Below are positions 26,417-37,177 of a stretch of 64,000 nucleotides of DNA, one piece after another; the first letter of the stretch is position 1, and each line of letters starts with the position of its first letter. The notes under the pieces were generated by a model that saw only the letters and a list, made by a program, of their open reading frames with translations, was not told where the DNA came from and ran no database searches. The position numbers were made by a program, and so were the translations under genes. The DNA is from an uncultured Bacteroidales bacterium. Its GTDB lineage: Bacteria > Bacteroidota > Bacteroidia > Bacteroidales > WCHB1-69. The stretch is taken from contig CAJOFD010000008.1 in assembly GCA_905233585.1 (NCBI GenBank), positions 3,077 to 67,076 of the forward strand, read 5' to 3'.

Positions 26417-29029
26417 TTATTTACAAATTACACTTTTTATATATCCCAAAGCAGCAGGAATACCTTCTTTATCTTTTCCGCCTGCTGTTGCGTAGAAGTT
26501 TTGTCCTCCGCCACCGCCTTTTACAAATTTGGCAGCCTCGCGGATTGTCTTGCCTGCATCAAAGCCTTTGGCTACCAAACTGTCGCTTAACATAATGGTC
26601 AGCATTATTTTATCGCCCGTAATATTGGCTCCTGCAAAACAGAAATCGTTAAATTCCCCACGGAATCTATAGGCTATGTCTTTCATTGTGTCGGCATCAA
26701 CGAATAGGGTTGCTTCAAAATAATGAAAATTCAGAATGTCTTGTCCTTTTCGTTTGATTTCATTATAGATATTTTGAGCGGATTGGTGTTTGAAATCTTC
26801 AACTTGTTTTTTGAGATCATTATTTTCGTTGATGGTTTTCTGAATGGATTTTACCAAATCAGGACTTGCTTCAAAGAATGTTCTGATTTGCGCAATCAAA
26901 TCTTGTAGTTTGTACAGATAGTTTTCTATTTCTTCTCCTGTAACGGCTTCAATTCTCCTTATACCTGCGGCAACTGCACTTTCACTGACAATTTTGAACA
27001 TTCCAATGTTTCCAGTGCTTTTCACGTGAGTGCCACCACAAAGTTCTATACTATCGCCAAAACGTATTACACGCACTTTGTCGCCATATTTCTCTCCAAA
27101 CAGAGCCATTGCACCCATATTACGGGCATCTTCAATAGGAATGTTCCGATGGTCTTCTGCTTGGAAGTTGTTACGTATCATCTGATTAACCATTTTTTCA
27201 GTGTTGCGTATTTCTTCGTCTGTGAGTTTGGAATGATGAGAAAAGTCAAAACGTAGGCGTTTGTCATCAACGTATGAACCTTTTTGTTCAACATGGTTGC
27301 CCAATACTTGTCGTAATGCAAAATGCAACAAATGTGTTGCAGTGTGGTTCCTTTCTATATTGTGCCTGCGGTTGATATTTACTTTGGCTATAAGTGTTGC
27401 GTTAATATCACTTGGTAAAGTTTTGGTAATGTGAATAGGTAAGTTGTTTTCTTTTTTTGTATCTATTACTGTTATTTTTTCTTCGCCCAAAATCAACAAG
27501 CCTTGGTCACCGACTTGTCCTCCCATTTCTGCATACATAGGAGTGCGGTCCAATACTATTTGATACAAGGCTTGACTTTTGGTTTCCACTTGACGATAAC
27601 GAACAATATGGCATTGACATTCTAATTCATCATAACCCACAAAGTTTTCTTCTTTGAAATCTTCTATCAACTCTACCCAGTCGCCAGCCTTAATGCTTGC
27701 TGCATTTTTGCTACGTTCTTTTTGCTTTTGCAGATTGTTTTCAAACTCAGTCATATCTACTTCTCTCCCTTGTTCTTTGGCCATTAGTTCGGTTAAGTCA
27801 ATAGGAAATCCATAAGTGTCAAAGAGTTCAAATGCAAAATTTCCGTCAATTTTTCCGTTAGGATTATCTTTTATATATTTGTCAAACTTAAGAATACCGC
27901 TACTTAATGTTTTTAGAAAAGCATTTTCTTCTTCTTTGATAACCTTGCATATAAGTTCTTTATTTTTAGTAAGTTCTGAAAATTGATGACCCATTTGTTC
28001 CACAAGGGTATCGACAAGCAGGTAGATAAAAGGTTCGTTGAAAGAGAGGAACGTATAACCATATCTTACGGCACGTCGAAGTATTCTTCTGATAACGTAT
28101 CCTGCTTTGTTGTTAGAGGGCATTAACCCATCTGCAATAGCAAATGAGACTGCACGCAAATGGTCAGCAATGACACGCATGGCAATGTCTTTTTTGCTGT
28201 CTTTGCCGTAAATGTTTCCTGAAAGAGAGGCGATTTTTTGAATTAAAGGTTGAAAAACATCTGTATCATAATTTGATTGTTTGCCTTGCAATACCATACA
28301 CAAACGTTCAAACCCCATGCCGGTATCAATGTTTTTTTCTTTTAATGGTTCAAGTGATTTGTCTGCTTTGCGGTTGAACTCCATAAAGACCAGATTCCAT
28401 ATTTCAATCACCAGAGGATTGTCTTTATTTACTAATTCTGCTCCGCTGATTTTCTGTTTTTCTTCTTCGCTTCGCAAATCTATATGAATTTCAGAGCAGG
28501 CTCCACATGGTCCGGTTTCGCCCATTTCCCAAAAATTGTCATGTTTGTTGCCGGGCAAAATATGGGATTCTTCACAGTATTGTTTCCAATATTCGTGTGC
28601 TTCTTCATCTGCTTTCAGACATTCTTTTTCATCGCCGCCAAAATAAGTTACATACAGATTTTTTTTGTCAATTTTATAAACATCAGTAAGCAGCTCCCAT
28701 GCATAGGCTATGGCTTCTTTTTTGAAATAATTACCAAACGACCAATTCCCAAGCATTTCAAACATGGTGTGATGATAAGTGTCGTGTCCAACCTCTTCCA
28801 AATCATTGTGTTTTCCGCTAACTCGCAAGCATTTTTGTGTATCAGCAGCACGATTGTATTTTTTTTCAACGTTGCCCAAAAAAATGTCTTTAAACTGATT
28901 CATACCCGCATTGGTAAACAATAGGGTAGGGTCGTTTTTTACTATCATTGAAGATGATGGAACAATTGTGTGTTCTTTGCTTTTGAAAAAATCAATAAAT
29001 ATCTGTCTGATTTCAGTACTTGTCATCAT
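26417..29029 (-). CDS. alaS: alanine--tRNA ligase
   Basis: 870 aa. FTNAGMNQFK, HHTMFEMLGNWSFGDY-like motif, editing-domain HTATHLL and C-terminal DHHA1-like GGGG. Confidence 0.92.
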   Translation of the reverse strand: MMTSTEIRQIFIDFFKSKEHTIVPSSSMIVKNDPTLLFTNAGMNQFKDIFLGNVEKKYNRAADTQKCLRVSGKHNDLEEVGHDTYHHTMFEMLGNWSFGNYFKKEAIAYAWELLTDVYKIDKKNLYVTYFGGDEKECLKADEEAHEYWKQYCEESHILPGNKHDNFWEMGETGPCGACSEIHIDLRSEEEKQKISGAELVNKDNPLVIEIWNLVFMEFNRKADKSLEPLKEKNIDTGMGFERLCMVLQGKQSNYDTDVFQPLIQKIASLSGNIYGKDSKKDIAMRVIADHLRAVSFAIADGLMPSNNKAGYVIRRILRRAVRYGYTFLSFNEPFIYLLVDTLVEQMGHQFSELTKNKELICKVIKEEENAFLKTLSSGILKFDKYIKDNPNGKIDGNFAFELFDTYGFPIDLTELMAKEQGREVDMTEFENNLQKQKERSKNAASIKAGDWVELIEDFKEENFVGYDELECQCHIVRYRQVETKSQALYQIVLDRTPMYAEMGGQVGDQGLLILGEEKITVIDTKKENNLPIHITKTLPSDINATLIAKVNINRRHNIERNHTATHLLHFALRQVLGNHVEQKGSYVDDKRLRFDFSHHSKLTDEEIRNTEKMVNQMIRNNFQAEDHRNIPIEDARNMGAMALFGEKYGDKVRVIRFGDSIELCGGTHVKSTGNIGMFKIVSESAVAAGIRRIEAVTGEEIENYLYKLQDLIAQIRTFFEASPDLVKSIQKTINENNDLKKQVEDFKHQSAQNIYNEIKRKGQDILNFHYFEATLFVDADTMKDIAYRFRGEFNDFCFAGANITGDKIMLTIMLSDSLVAKGFDAGKTIREAAKFVKGGGGGQNFYATAGGKDKEGIPAALGYIKSVICK

Positions 29030-29065
29030 ATTGTATAAAAAATAATATCACTAAATTATTAAATG

Positions 29066-29073
29066 CAAAGATA
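29066..29073 (-). promoter_or_regulatory. Bacteroidota -7 promoter box (TATCTTTG on minus strand)
   Basis: Plus strand reads caaagata, 36 nt upstream of the alaS ATG at 29029. Confidence 0.5.
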
Positions 29074-29220
29074 CCATTTTTAGTTGTCAAAAATGAATTA
29101 TTTCTACTTAAAAATATATTTTCAATGCGAATAAATATTATTGTCTTTAAAAGATAAGATTTTACAATGTATATTTCGATTTGACAAGAACATTTTTTTT
29201 ATTTTTAACTGAAAAAATTG

Positions 29221-29228
29221 TACTTTTG
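29221..29228 (+). promoter_or_regulatory. Bacteroidota -7 promoter box (TACTTTTG)
   Basis: Matches TAnnTTTG, 38 nt upstream of the metG ATG at 29267. Confidence 0.5.
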
Positions 29229-29266
29229 CAGGAAAATAAGTTTTTAATAAAATTGTTATAAAAGAA

Positions 29267-31330
29267 ATGCTTTATACAGAAAATCAATTTAAAAGATATA
29301 CAATTACATCGGCGTTACCATATGCAAATGGTCCTATTCATATTGGTCATTTGGCGGGAGTTTATGTTCCTGCAGATATTTATGCCCGTTATTTAAGATT
29401 AAACAATGAGGATGTTCTTTTTATCGGAGGTAGTGATGAGCATGGCGTGCCAATTACCATAAAAGCACGCAAAGAAGGTGTTTCTCCTCAAGTGATTGTT
29501 GATAGGTATCATTCTATTATCAAAAAGTCGTTTGAAGATTTCGGTATCAGTTTTGATATTTATTCACGTACTTCTGATGCAACTCATCATCAAACTGCAT
29601 CCGCATTTTTTAAAAAATTATTTGATGAAGGTAAGTTTATTGAAAAAACAACAGAACAATATTATGATGAACAAGCCGAACAGTTTTTGGCCGACAGATA
29701 TATAGTCGGTACTTGTCCTCATTGTGGCAATGAAAGAGCCTATGGCGACCAATGCGAAGCCTGTGGCACAAGTCTTAATGCAATGGAATTAATCAATCCA
29801 AAGTCTATGTTAAGTGGGGTACAGCCGGTGAAAAAAGAAACAAAACATTGGTTTTTGCCTTTGGATAAATATGAGAATTTTCTCAGACAATGGATATTGG
29901 AAAATCATAAAGCCGACTGGCGTTCTACTGTATATGGACAATGTAAGTCGTGGATAGATATGGGTTTGCAACCTCGTGCCGTTACCCGTGACTTAAATTG
30001 GGGGGTTAAATTGCCTATTCCAGATGCAGACGGCAAGGTGCTTTATGTGTGGTTTGAAGCCCCAATAGGATATATTTCCGCTTCTAAAAAATGGTCGGAA
30101 CAATCGGGAAAAGATTGGCAACCTTATTGGAAAGAAAAAGACACAAAATTGGTGCATTTTATCGGAAAGGATAATATTGTTTTTCATTGTATTATATTCC
30201 CTGTAATGTTGAAAATAGAAGGCAGTTATATTTTGCCGCAAAATGTTCCCGCCAATGAGTTTATGAATCTTGAAAACGATAAAATATCCACTTCTCGCAA
30301 TTGGGCGGTATGGTTGAATGAATATTTGGAGGATTTTCCTCAAAAACAAGATGTTTTGCGTTATGTTCTTACCGCCAATGCTCCAGAAACCAAAGATAAT
30401 GATTTTACATGGAAAGATTTTCAAGCAAAAAACAACAATGAATTAGTCGCCATTTTGGGTAATTATATCAATAGAATTGTTGTTTTAACCCATAAATTTT
30501 ATAATGGGCAAATACCTCAACCTAATGCTTTTCAAGATGTTGATAACCAGATAATAGATCAAATGGCTCAATATCCGGAACTGATAGGAAAAAATATTGA
30601 AAAATATCATTTTAGAGAAGCCTTAAACGAATTGATGAATTTAGCACGTTTGGGAAATAAATATCTAACTGATACCGAACCATGGAAAGCGATAAAAACA
30701 GACCCGCAACGTGTTCAAACGGTGATGAATTTGTCTATGCAGTTGGCGGCCAATTTAGCGATTTTGGCAGAACCATTTTTGCCTTTTAGTGCTAAAAAAA
30801 TACAACAAATGCTTAATATGGGCGATTATACTTGGCGAGATGCAGGTGGCATTTCCCTATTGGCAGCGGGTACGCAAATCGGAGAACCTACATTGCTATT
30901 TGAAAAAATAGAAGATGCTGATATTGACAAACAATTAGCAAAATTGGAAGTTAGTAAGAAAGAAAATGAAAAAAATGTTTTTACACCCAAAGAAATCAAA
31001 CCAGAATGTTCTTTTGATGATTTTACCAAATTGGATATTCGTGTAGGTACGGTACTTGATTGTGTGAAAGTACCAAAGGCGGACAAACTCTTACAATTTA
31101 AAATTGATGATGGGCAAGGTGGCAGAACCATTGTCAGTGGAATTGCCAAATTTTATTCCAATCCTCAAGAATTAATAGGAAAGCAAGTTTGTTTTATTGC
31201 CAATTTCGCTCCGAGAAAACTAAAAGGAGTAAATAGCGAAGGTATGATTCTTTCTGCCGAAGATGCTGATGGCCGTTTGGTGCTGATTAGCCCAAGCGAT
31301 TTGGTGAAATCGGGTGTAAATATTGGATAG
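29267..31330 (+). CDS. metG: methionine--tRNA ligase (with C-terminal tRNA-binding EMAP/Trbp111-like domain)
   Basis: 687 aa. [14 protein letters not shown] (HIGH), zinc knuckle CPHCG..CEACG, KISTSRN (KMSKS-like) and C-terminal LDIRVGTV...GIAK. Confidence 0.92.
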   Translation: MLYTENQFKRYTITSALPYANGPIHIGHLAGVYVPADIYARYLRLNNEDVLFIGGSDEHGVPITIKARKEGVSPQVIVDRYHSIIKKSFEDFGISFDIYSRTSDATHHQTASAFFKKLFDEGKFIEKTTEQYYDEQAEQFLADRYIVGTCPHCGNERAYGDQCEACGTSLNAMELINPKSMLSGVQPVKKETKHWFLPLDKYENFLRQWILENHKADWRSTVYGQCKSWIDMGLQPRAVTRDLNWGVKLPIPDADGKVLYVWFEAPIGYISASKKWSEQSGKDWQPYWKEKDTKLVHFIGKDNIVFHCIIFPVMLKIEGSYILPQNVPANEFMNLENDKISTSRNWAVWLNEYLEDFPQKQDVLRYVLTANAPETKDNDFTWKDFQAKNNNELVAILGNYINRIVVLTHKFYNGQIPQPNAFQDVDNQIIDQMAQYPELIGKNIEKYHFREALNELMNLARLGNKYLTDTEPWKAIKTDPQRVQTVMNLSMQLAANLAILAEPFLPFSAKKIQQMLNMGDYTWRDAGGISLLAAGTQIGEPTLLFEKIEDADIDKQLAKLEVSKKENEKNVFTPKEIKPECSFDDFTKLDIRVGTVLDCVKVPKADKLLQFKIDDGQGGRTIVSGIAKFYSNPQELIGKQVCFIANFAPRKLKGVNSEGMILSAEDADGRLVLISPSDLVKSGVNIG

Positions 31331-31338
31331 TGTTGCCT

Positions 31339-32238
31339 ATGTATTTATTGCAACCCAAGGATAAAATTCAGATAGTTGCCCCTGCAAGGAGTATAACTTT
31401 AGATGAATTGCAGTATGCCATTCGTTTGTTTGAAAAGCAAGGGTGGCAGGTGGTATTGGGTAAATATTTGTTCGGAAAACATCATCAATTTTCGGGTACA
31501 GATACAGAACGGGTTTGGGATATGCAATCTGCCATCGATAATCCAGAAATAAAGGCAATAGTATGTGCCAGAGGTGGTTATGGTGGCATGAGAATAGTTG
31601 ATAAGGTGGATTTTTCTCCATTGAAAACATGTCCTAAGTGGCTGTGCGGTTATAGCGATACCACTGTGTTTCATGCACATATTCATTCTCAATTGCAGTT
31701 GCCTACCTTACATTGTACTATGCCTATAAATATGAATGAAGAGTTGGAACGGCAACAAGCACATTTGTCTATGATACAAGCCTTACAAACAGGAAGTCTT
31801 TCTTATGAAGTCGATTCTCGACCATACAATCGCAAAGGTGTGGCAGAAGGGGTTTTGGTAGGTGGAAATTTGTCTCTTTTGTATGCTGTGAATAATTCTA
31901 TATCAGATATAGATACGGTAGGCAAAGTATTGTTTATAGAGGATTTAGATGAATATCTTTACCATATAGACAGAATGATGCTTTGTTTGAAAAGAGCAGG
32001 AAAACTCAAGTTGTTGAAAGCATTGATTGTCGGGGGTATGAGTGATATGCACGACAATGCCGTTCCGTTTGGACAAAATGCCATTGAGATAATACTTTCG
32101 CATGTTAAGGAATATGACTATCCTGTATGTTTTGATTTTCCTGCGGGACATATTTCCGACAATCGGGCATTGATACTTGGTGGCAAGGTGCGTTTGATGG
32201 TTGATGAAAAAAAGGTAACTTTGGAAAATTACGTTTAA
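31339..32238 (+). CDS. LD-carboxypeptidase (peptidase S66, LdcA-like)
   Basis: IQIVAPAR, ARGGYG and the nucleophile elbow CGYSDTTVFH. ATG 31339 is preferred to the GTG at 31330, which overlaps the metG stop. Confidence 0.8.
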   Translation: MYLLQPKDKIQIVAPARSITLDELQYAIRLFEKQGWQVVLGKYLFGKHHQFSGTDTERVWDMQSAIDNPEIKAIVCARGGYGGMRIVDKVDFSPLKTCPKWLCGYSDTTVFHAHIHSQLQLPTLHCTMPINMNEELERQQAHLSMIQALQTGSLSYEVDSRPYNRKGVAEGVLVGGNLSLLYAVNNSISDIDTVGKVLFIEDLDEYLYHIDRMMLCLKRAGKLKLLKALIVGGMSDMHDNAVPFGQNAIEIILSHVKEYDYPVCFDFPAGHISDNRALILGGKVRLMVDEKKVTLENYV

Positions 32239-32239
32239 T

Positions 32240-33202
32240 ATGGCACTATCAAGAAAACAAAGACTACAATTTTTGCAAATTCTATTGGTTATAGGTTTGT
32301 CGGTTTTGTGCTTGTATAAAATTTGGGATACAGCTATCGTGCCGATAGAGCAAACACTATCATGGTTAAATGTTGTGTTAAACAATGCTTTTTTCAATAA
32401 ATTGCTGTCTTCTGTGGTGTTATTGATAAATATAATCACATTTCAACGTATATTGGTGAAAACCGCTTTGGTCAATCGCGATAATTTGGAGCCGTTAGTC
32501 ATTTATTTATTGGTGTCACTGATGTTTCCTTTTTTGTTATTGTTGCCGTCTTTGTCATTGATATTTGTTCTCATGTTTTTTGTGGGGCAAAAAATATTGG
32601 CTTTTTCGGGCATCGAAAATCCTTATTCCAATTTTACCATTGGTCTTATAGTGGGAATACTTTCATTAATATATAGACCCTTAATTTTTTTATTGGGATT
32701 TGTATTTATATCGTATATTGTTGCCAAAAATTTTTCTTGGAAATATTTTCTTATTCCTATACTTGGTGCTTTGTTGGCTTATGTTTATTATTATGCTATA
32801 TTGTATATATTTGATTACAACGATTGGGCACAAAAATTTTTGTCAAGTTTCAATCATGCTTTCTCATTGAGACCTTTTACTGAATTGAAAAATAATCCTC
32901 AAATACTTATTTATGTAATTCTATATTCGCTTTTGATAATTGTTTCTATGGTGAAAACTGTCATTAATTTGGATAAAGAACTAATAAGTAGAAGGAAACA
33001 ATTAATGGTTGTGATGCTTTCTTTGTTATTGACAATGGTTTTGTGTTTATTGTTCAAAGACCCGCAATATCTGACTTTTACAGTGTTTGTTTTATTAACA
33101 GTATTCCAATTGGCATTGTCTGTTGATATGTTTAAATATAAACAGTTGGTTTATATTATATTAGTTGGACTATGTGTAATGAATAATATGAGTCTGTTTT
33201 AA
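32240..33202 (+). CDS. polytopic integral membrane protein, function unknown
   Basis: 320 aa, roughly 8 or more hydrophobic helices. Sits between the LD-carboxypeptidase and a glycosyltransferase. Confidence 0.55.
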   Translation: MALSRKQRLQFLQILLVIGLSVLCLYKIWDTAIVPIEQTLSWLNVVLNNAFFNKLLSSVVLLINIITFQRILVKTALVNRDNLEPLVIYLLVSLMFPFLLLLPSLSLIFVLMFFVGQKILAFSGIENPYSNFTIGLIVGILSLIYRPLIFLLGFVFISYIVAKNFSWKYFLIPILGALLAYVYYYAILYIFDYNDWAQKFLSSFNHAFSLRPFTELKNNPQILIYVILYSLLIIVSMVKTVINLDKELISRRKQLMVVMLSLLLTMVLCLLFKDPQYLTFTVFVLLTVFQLALSVDMFKYKQLVYIILVGLCVMNNMSLF

Positions 33203-33207
33203 TTCCA

Positions 33208-34296
33208 ATGAATAAAAAGATACTTTTTGTAGTGGCACATCGCTTAGGACGTAATCCAGGACAAAGATTCCGTTTTGAACAATATATACCTTATTTGCAG
33301 GCTAATGGCTATGAATGTGTATGTTCAAATTTGTTGTCTCAAAAAGATGATGCTGTTTTTTATCAACAAGGGCATTATTGGGTAAAATTGTATATCTATT
33401 TTAAATGTATTTTTATTCGGATAAGAGATGTTTTCCGTTGTAAATCATTTGATATAGTTTTTATTTACAGAGAAGCCTTGTTTACACGTTCCAATATCTT
33501 TGAAAGATTGTTTTGCCGTCTGAATAAGAATGTTTTTGTGGATTTTGATGATGCAATTTTTTTGTTGGATATTTCACGCGCCAACAAAATGTTACATTGG
33601 CTAAAAAATCCAAAAAAAATAAATAATACGCTAAAACATTGTGCTGTGGCAATTGTAGGTAATGAATATTTGGCACAATATGCCCGTCAATATGGCAAAG
33701 ATGTAAGAATATTTCCTACAACTTTGGATTTAACAACCATAAAGATAGACCATAGACAAAAAAATCCCGATAAGATTTGTATTGGGTGGATAGGCAGCAC
33801 AACGACAATCAAACATTTGGAATGGGCAGAACCGATTTTGCGTGCTATTTATGAAAAATATGGAGATAGAATTGTTTTCAAGGTGATAGCCGATGTGCCT
33901 TTGCACATAGAAGATATTCCTGTCGATAATGTAAAATGGACAAAGGAAGGAGAGTCTGAACAACTATCAAGTTTTGATATTGGCATAATGCCATTGCCTG
34001 ACAATGAATGGACAAAAGGAAAATGTGGTTTTAAGGGATTGCAGTGTATGGCTTATGAAATGCCTGTGATAATGTCACCTGTCGGAGTGAATAGAACAAT
34101 TGTTCAAGATGGACAAAACGGCTTTTTGGCAGATACCGTAGAAGAATGGCTTGAAAAGGTTTCCTTGCTTGTGGATAATGCTGAATTAAGAATCCGAATG
34201 GGCAAACAAGGCAGAGCAACCGTGGAAAAATATTATTCTTGTCAAGCACTAAAAGATAAGTATCTTTCTTATTTTAACGAATTTACGCATGCTTAA
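33208..34296 (+). CDS. glycosyltransferase family 4 (GT-B fold)
   Basis: 362 aa. C-terminal GT1/GT4 signature region (GIMPLPDNEWTKGKCGFKGLQCMAYEMPVIMSPVGVN...QNGFL). Confidence 0.75.
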   Translation: MNKKILFVVAHRLGRNPGQRFRFEQYIPYLQANGYECVCSNLLSQKDDAVFYQQGHYWVKLYIYFKCIFIRIRDVFRCKSFDIVFIYREALFTRSNIFERLFCRLNKNVFVDFDDAIFLLDISRANKMLHWLKNPKKINNTLKHCAVAIVGNEYLAQYARQYGKDVRIFPTTLDLTTIKIDHRQKNPDKICIGWIGSTTTIKHLEWAEPILRAIYEKYGDRIVFKVIADVPLHIEDIPVDNVKWTKEGESEQLSSFDIGIMPLPDNEWTKGKCGFKGLQCMAYEMPVIMSPVGVNRTIVQDGQNGFLADTVEEWLEKVSLLVDNAELRIRMGKQGRATVEKYYSCQALKDKYLSYFNEFTHA

Positions 34297-34894
34297 CAGA
34301 TTTTATCAATATCCACAATTAGAGGCAGGGTGTGATGAAGCAGGGCGTGGGGCTTTGGCGGGACCTGTGGTGGCTGCTGCTGTTATTTTGCCTGAAAATT
34401 ATTCTAATGACCAATTGAATGACAGCAAACAATTATCAGAAAAAAAACGAAATACTTTGCGTAAAATTATTGAGCAAGATGCCCTTGCTTTTGCTGTTGC
34501 TATGATTGATAATGTTGAAATTGACCAGTTGAATATATTGCAATCAAGTATCAAGGCGATGAACAATGCCGTAAAACAGTTGAAAATACAACCGCAATTT
34601 CTTATCATAGACGGCAATCGTTTTCATACCGATACGAATATTCCGTTTCAATGTATTGTAAAAGGCGATGCAAAATATATGTCTATTGCGGCAGCTTCTA
34701 TTTTGGCAAAAACCTATCGTGATGAATTTATGGCTCATTTGGCTGTTGATTTTCCTTATTATCAATGGGAGAAAAATAAGGGCTATCCTACGGCAGACCA
34801 TCGAATGGCTATCAAAGAATATGGCATTAGTTCCTATCATCGTAAAAGTTTTACTCTCATTCCTCAGCAATTGAAATTTGATTTTGATGAATAG
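34289..34894 (+). CDS. rnhB: ribonuclease HII
   Basis: 201 aa. GCDEAGRGALAGPVVAAAV, DSKQLS, IDGN and SIAAASILAK. Confidence 0.9.
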   Translation: MLNRFYQYPQLEAGCDEAGRGALAGPVVAAAVILPENYSNDQLNDSKQLSEKKRNTLRKIIEQDALAFAVAMIDNVEIDQLNILQSSIKAMNNAVKQLKIQPQFLIIDGNRFHTDTNIPFQCIVKGDAKYMSIAAASILAKTYRDEFMAHLAVDFPYYQWEKNKGYPTADHRMAIKEYGISSYHRKSFTLIPQQLKFDFDE

Positions 34895-36347
34895 GGAAAA
34901 ACTGCATATAGTTCTAAAGTGGAGTGGTATTGTTATTGCAATGGTATTGCTTGTTGCTTTTATTGTGTTGTTGGTGCATCTGTACAAATTTGTAGAAAAG
35001 CCTGATGCAAATCCGTATATGGCCATTCCTCAAGACAATGCTGTCTTGTTAGTAGCAAAAGACAGGCAAACCTTAGATGTATATCAGCATTATGTAGGAG
35101 CATTCAATGATATTTTTTTAGATAATTTTTCAATACCTGTCAGCAATTATTTGCAATTGTTGGCTCAGGAATCACAACTTTGCGATTTGTTGGGCAATAA
35201 TAAGATTTTTATATCTTTTCAGAATTATAGGAATCATTTGCTTCGTTCAATATTGGTTTTCCCAATAGCCAAAAAATCTCAACAAAAGTTTGAAAAATAT
35301 TGGCGGAATACTACCTATAGCACTATTTATAAAAATATACCTATTGTGCAGTTGAATAAAAAAAATCAACCATTCTATGCTTTTTACAATCAGGGCATTT
35401 TTGTATTGACTGACAATAACCAAACATTGAGAAAAGTAATTAATGAATGGGGTAATACGTCTGCCCCAAATACAATATTGGATAGGTTGCATGATGATTT
35501 TACCTTATTTATAAACAATAAGCATTTTTTGCCTTATTATCAAAGACAACAATGGACATTGTGTGATGATATGGCAAAATCGTATTGGTTGAATGTGGCA
35601 GATTATGTGTACGGCTCTCTGTCTATCAAAGATAGTGCTTTGTATCTGAAAAACAAAGTACATTTAAATACAGACAATCTGTTTGATTTAACGTCAAGCA
35701 ATGCAATAGATGTTTCTCGTGTCGTTGATGAACAAACAATCAAATTGTTTTATATCGGGCAACAATTTTATACGATGTTTGAACCTCAAATGTGGGATAG
35801 AAAAGTAGATGATCTATTGTTTTCTACACTTGCTCCTCAAGAAATTCTGTTGTTTACCGATAAGGTTGCAGGTGGTTTGGATAGAAATTATTTGTTGATA
35901 AATGTTAAAGATGTTGAGAAAACCTGTAATTTCCTTTTGTCTGCTACAGAAACTATGCTGGCGAGAGATGGTTTTGATGTGATAGATTATGATACTTTTT
36001 ATTTTAAAAATACAATGATAGGGCGGGTGGATTTGCCTAATTTTGTTTATCAGCGTTGGCGTCTCGGTAAGAATATGCCACGTTTGAAGAATTATGCTTT
36101 TATAAACAATGATATGGTGTTATTTTCGGATACAGACAGTAATTTAATGGCTTATATCGAAACTGAATACAAACTAAAAGAGAACAAAAACTACGAACAA
36201 ACTTCCAATTTTTTTGTGAAACAACCGCAGATAATTAATTTTACACACGCCAAGACGAATGGGAATCACTTGGTAAAACGTTATCAGTTACAAAAGTTTG
36301 ATGATACAACGTGTCTTTTTTATATGATAATGAAAAAAGATAGGTAA
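34887..36347 (+). CDS. hypothetical N-terminally membrane-anchored protein
   Basis: The ORF track starts at TTG 34878. The first ATG, at 34887, overlaps the rnhB stop by 8 nt. One TM helix (WSGIVIAMVLLVAFIVLLV). No family recognised. Confidence 0.5.
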   Translation: MNREKLHIVLKWSGIVIAMVLLVAFIVLLVHLYKFVEKPDANPYMAIPQDNAVLLVAKDRQTLDVYQHYVGAFNDIFLDNFSIPVSNYLQLLAQESQLCDLLGNNKIFISFQNYRNHLLRSILVFPIAKKSQQKFEKYWRNTTYSTIYKNIPIVQLNKKNQPFYAFYNQGIFVLTDNNQTLRKVINEWGNTSAPNTILDRLHDDFTLFINNKHFLPYYQRQQWTLCDDMAKSYWLNVADYVYGSLSIKDSALYLKNKVHLNTDNLFDLTSSNAIDVSRVVDEQTIKLFYIGQQFYTMFEPQMWDRKVDDLLFSTLAPQEILLFTDKVAGGLDRNYLLINVKDVEKTCNFLLSATETMLARDGFDVIDYDTFYFKNTMIGRVDLPNFVYQRWRLGKNMPRLKNYAFINNDMVLFSDTDSNLMAYIETEYKLKENKNYEQTSNFFVKQPQIINFTHAKTNGNHLVKRYQLQKFDDTTCLFYMIMKKDR

Positions 36348-36376
36348 TTTTGGTGATAGGGAGTTAAGAATAGTGT

Positions 36377-36384
36377 TATCTTTG
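36377..36384 (+). promoter_or_regulatory. Bacteroidota -7 promoter box (TATCTTTG)
   Basis: Matches TAnnTTTG, 16 nt upstream of ATG 36401. Confidence 0.5.
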
Positions 36385-36400
36385 TAAAAAATAAAAAAAG

Positions 36401-37177
36401 ATGTCAGGTATATTATTTCAAAAAATATTGTTTGGTCCTATTCATAGTCGTAGATTAGGGCGTTCTTTGGGTATTAATTTGTTGCCGGAAGATGTGAAAC
36501 TATGTACATTTAATTGTATTTATTGCGAATGCGGTTGGGCAAAGACAGATAAGATTATTTATGACAAATTGCTTTCCAAAGAAATTATTATTTCCGTTTT
36601 GCAACAGCGTTTTGTTGAATTGCACCAGCAAGGTTTGGAGATAGATTCTATCACTTATTCTGGAAATGGTGAACCAACCTTGCACCCCGATTTTGCTGCC
36701 ATTACCGATGAGTTGATACGTTTGAGAAACAAATATTTTCCACAAACAGTTATTTCTTGTTTGTCAAATTCAACACAATTGTTTCGGCATGATGTTTTTG
36801 AAGCATTGCAAAAAATTGACAATAGAATTTTAAAACTTGATGCAGGACGACAATGTACTTTAGATTTGATAAACAAACCTTTTGCTCCGATTTCTATTGA
36901 TGAAATTACGAATAATTTGGTGAAATTTAATGGTGATTTGACTATTCAAACTTTGTTTCTGCGAGGGGAATCGGATGGGCGAATGATAGATAATACTACA
37001 GATGAAGAGGTGGAAGCGTGGTTGGAACGTCTTAAAGTGATAAAACCGCAAAAGGTGATGATGTATCCAATTGACAGAGAAACACCTGCGAAAAATTTGA
37101 AAAAAATATCCAAAGAAGAGATGGAAACAATTGCCGAAAAAGTTCAACGTTTAGGAATAACAACATTGATATATTGA
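36401..37177 (+). CDS. radical SAM protein (small, no recognisable SPASM extension)
   Basis: 258 aa. CTFNCIYCECG is a CxxxCxxC cluster motif, preceded by GPIHSRRLGRSLGINLLP. Confidence 0.75.
   Translation: MSGILFQKILFGPIHSRRLGRSLGINLLPEDVKLCTFNCIYCECGWAKTDKIIYDKLLSKEIIISVLQQRFVELHQQGLEIDSITYSGNGEPTLHPDFAAITDELIRLRNKYFPQTVISCLSNSTQLFRHDVFEALQKIDNRILKLDAGRQCTLDLINKPFAPISIDEITNNLVKFNGDLTIQTLFLRGESDGRMIDNTTDEEVEAWLERLKVIKPQKVMMYPIDRETPAKNLKKISKEEMETIAEKVQRLGITTLIY

Noticed and set aside
28484-28924. 146-aa plus-strand ORF inside alaS
   Set aside because: It is antisense to a strongly supported aminoacyl-tRNA synthetase and has a phenylalanine-rich, AT-driven composition.
31945-32439. 164-aa minus-strand ORF across the ldcA-like/membrane-protein junction (and the similar 160-aa ORF at 34544-35026)
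   Set aside because: Both are antisense to supported genes and span gene boundaries. Neither has recognisable motifs.
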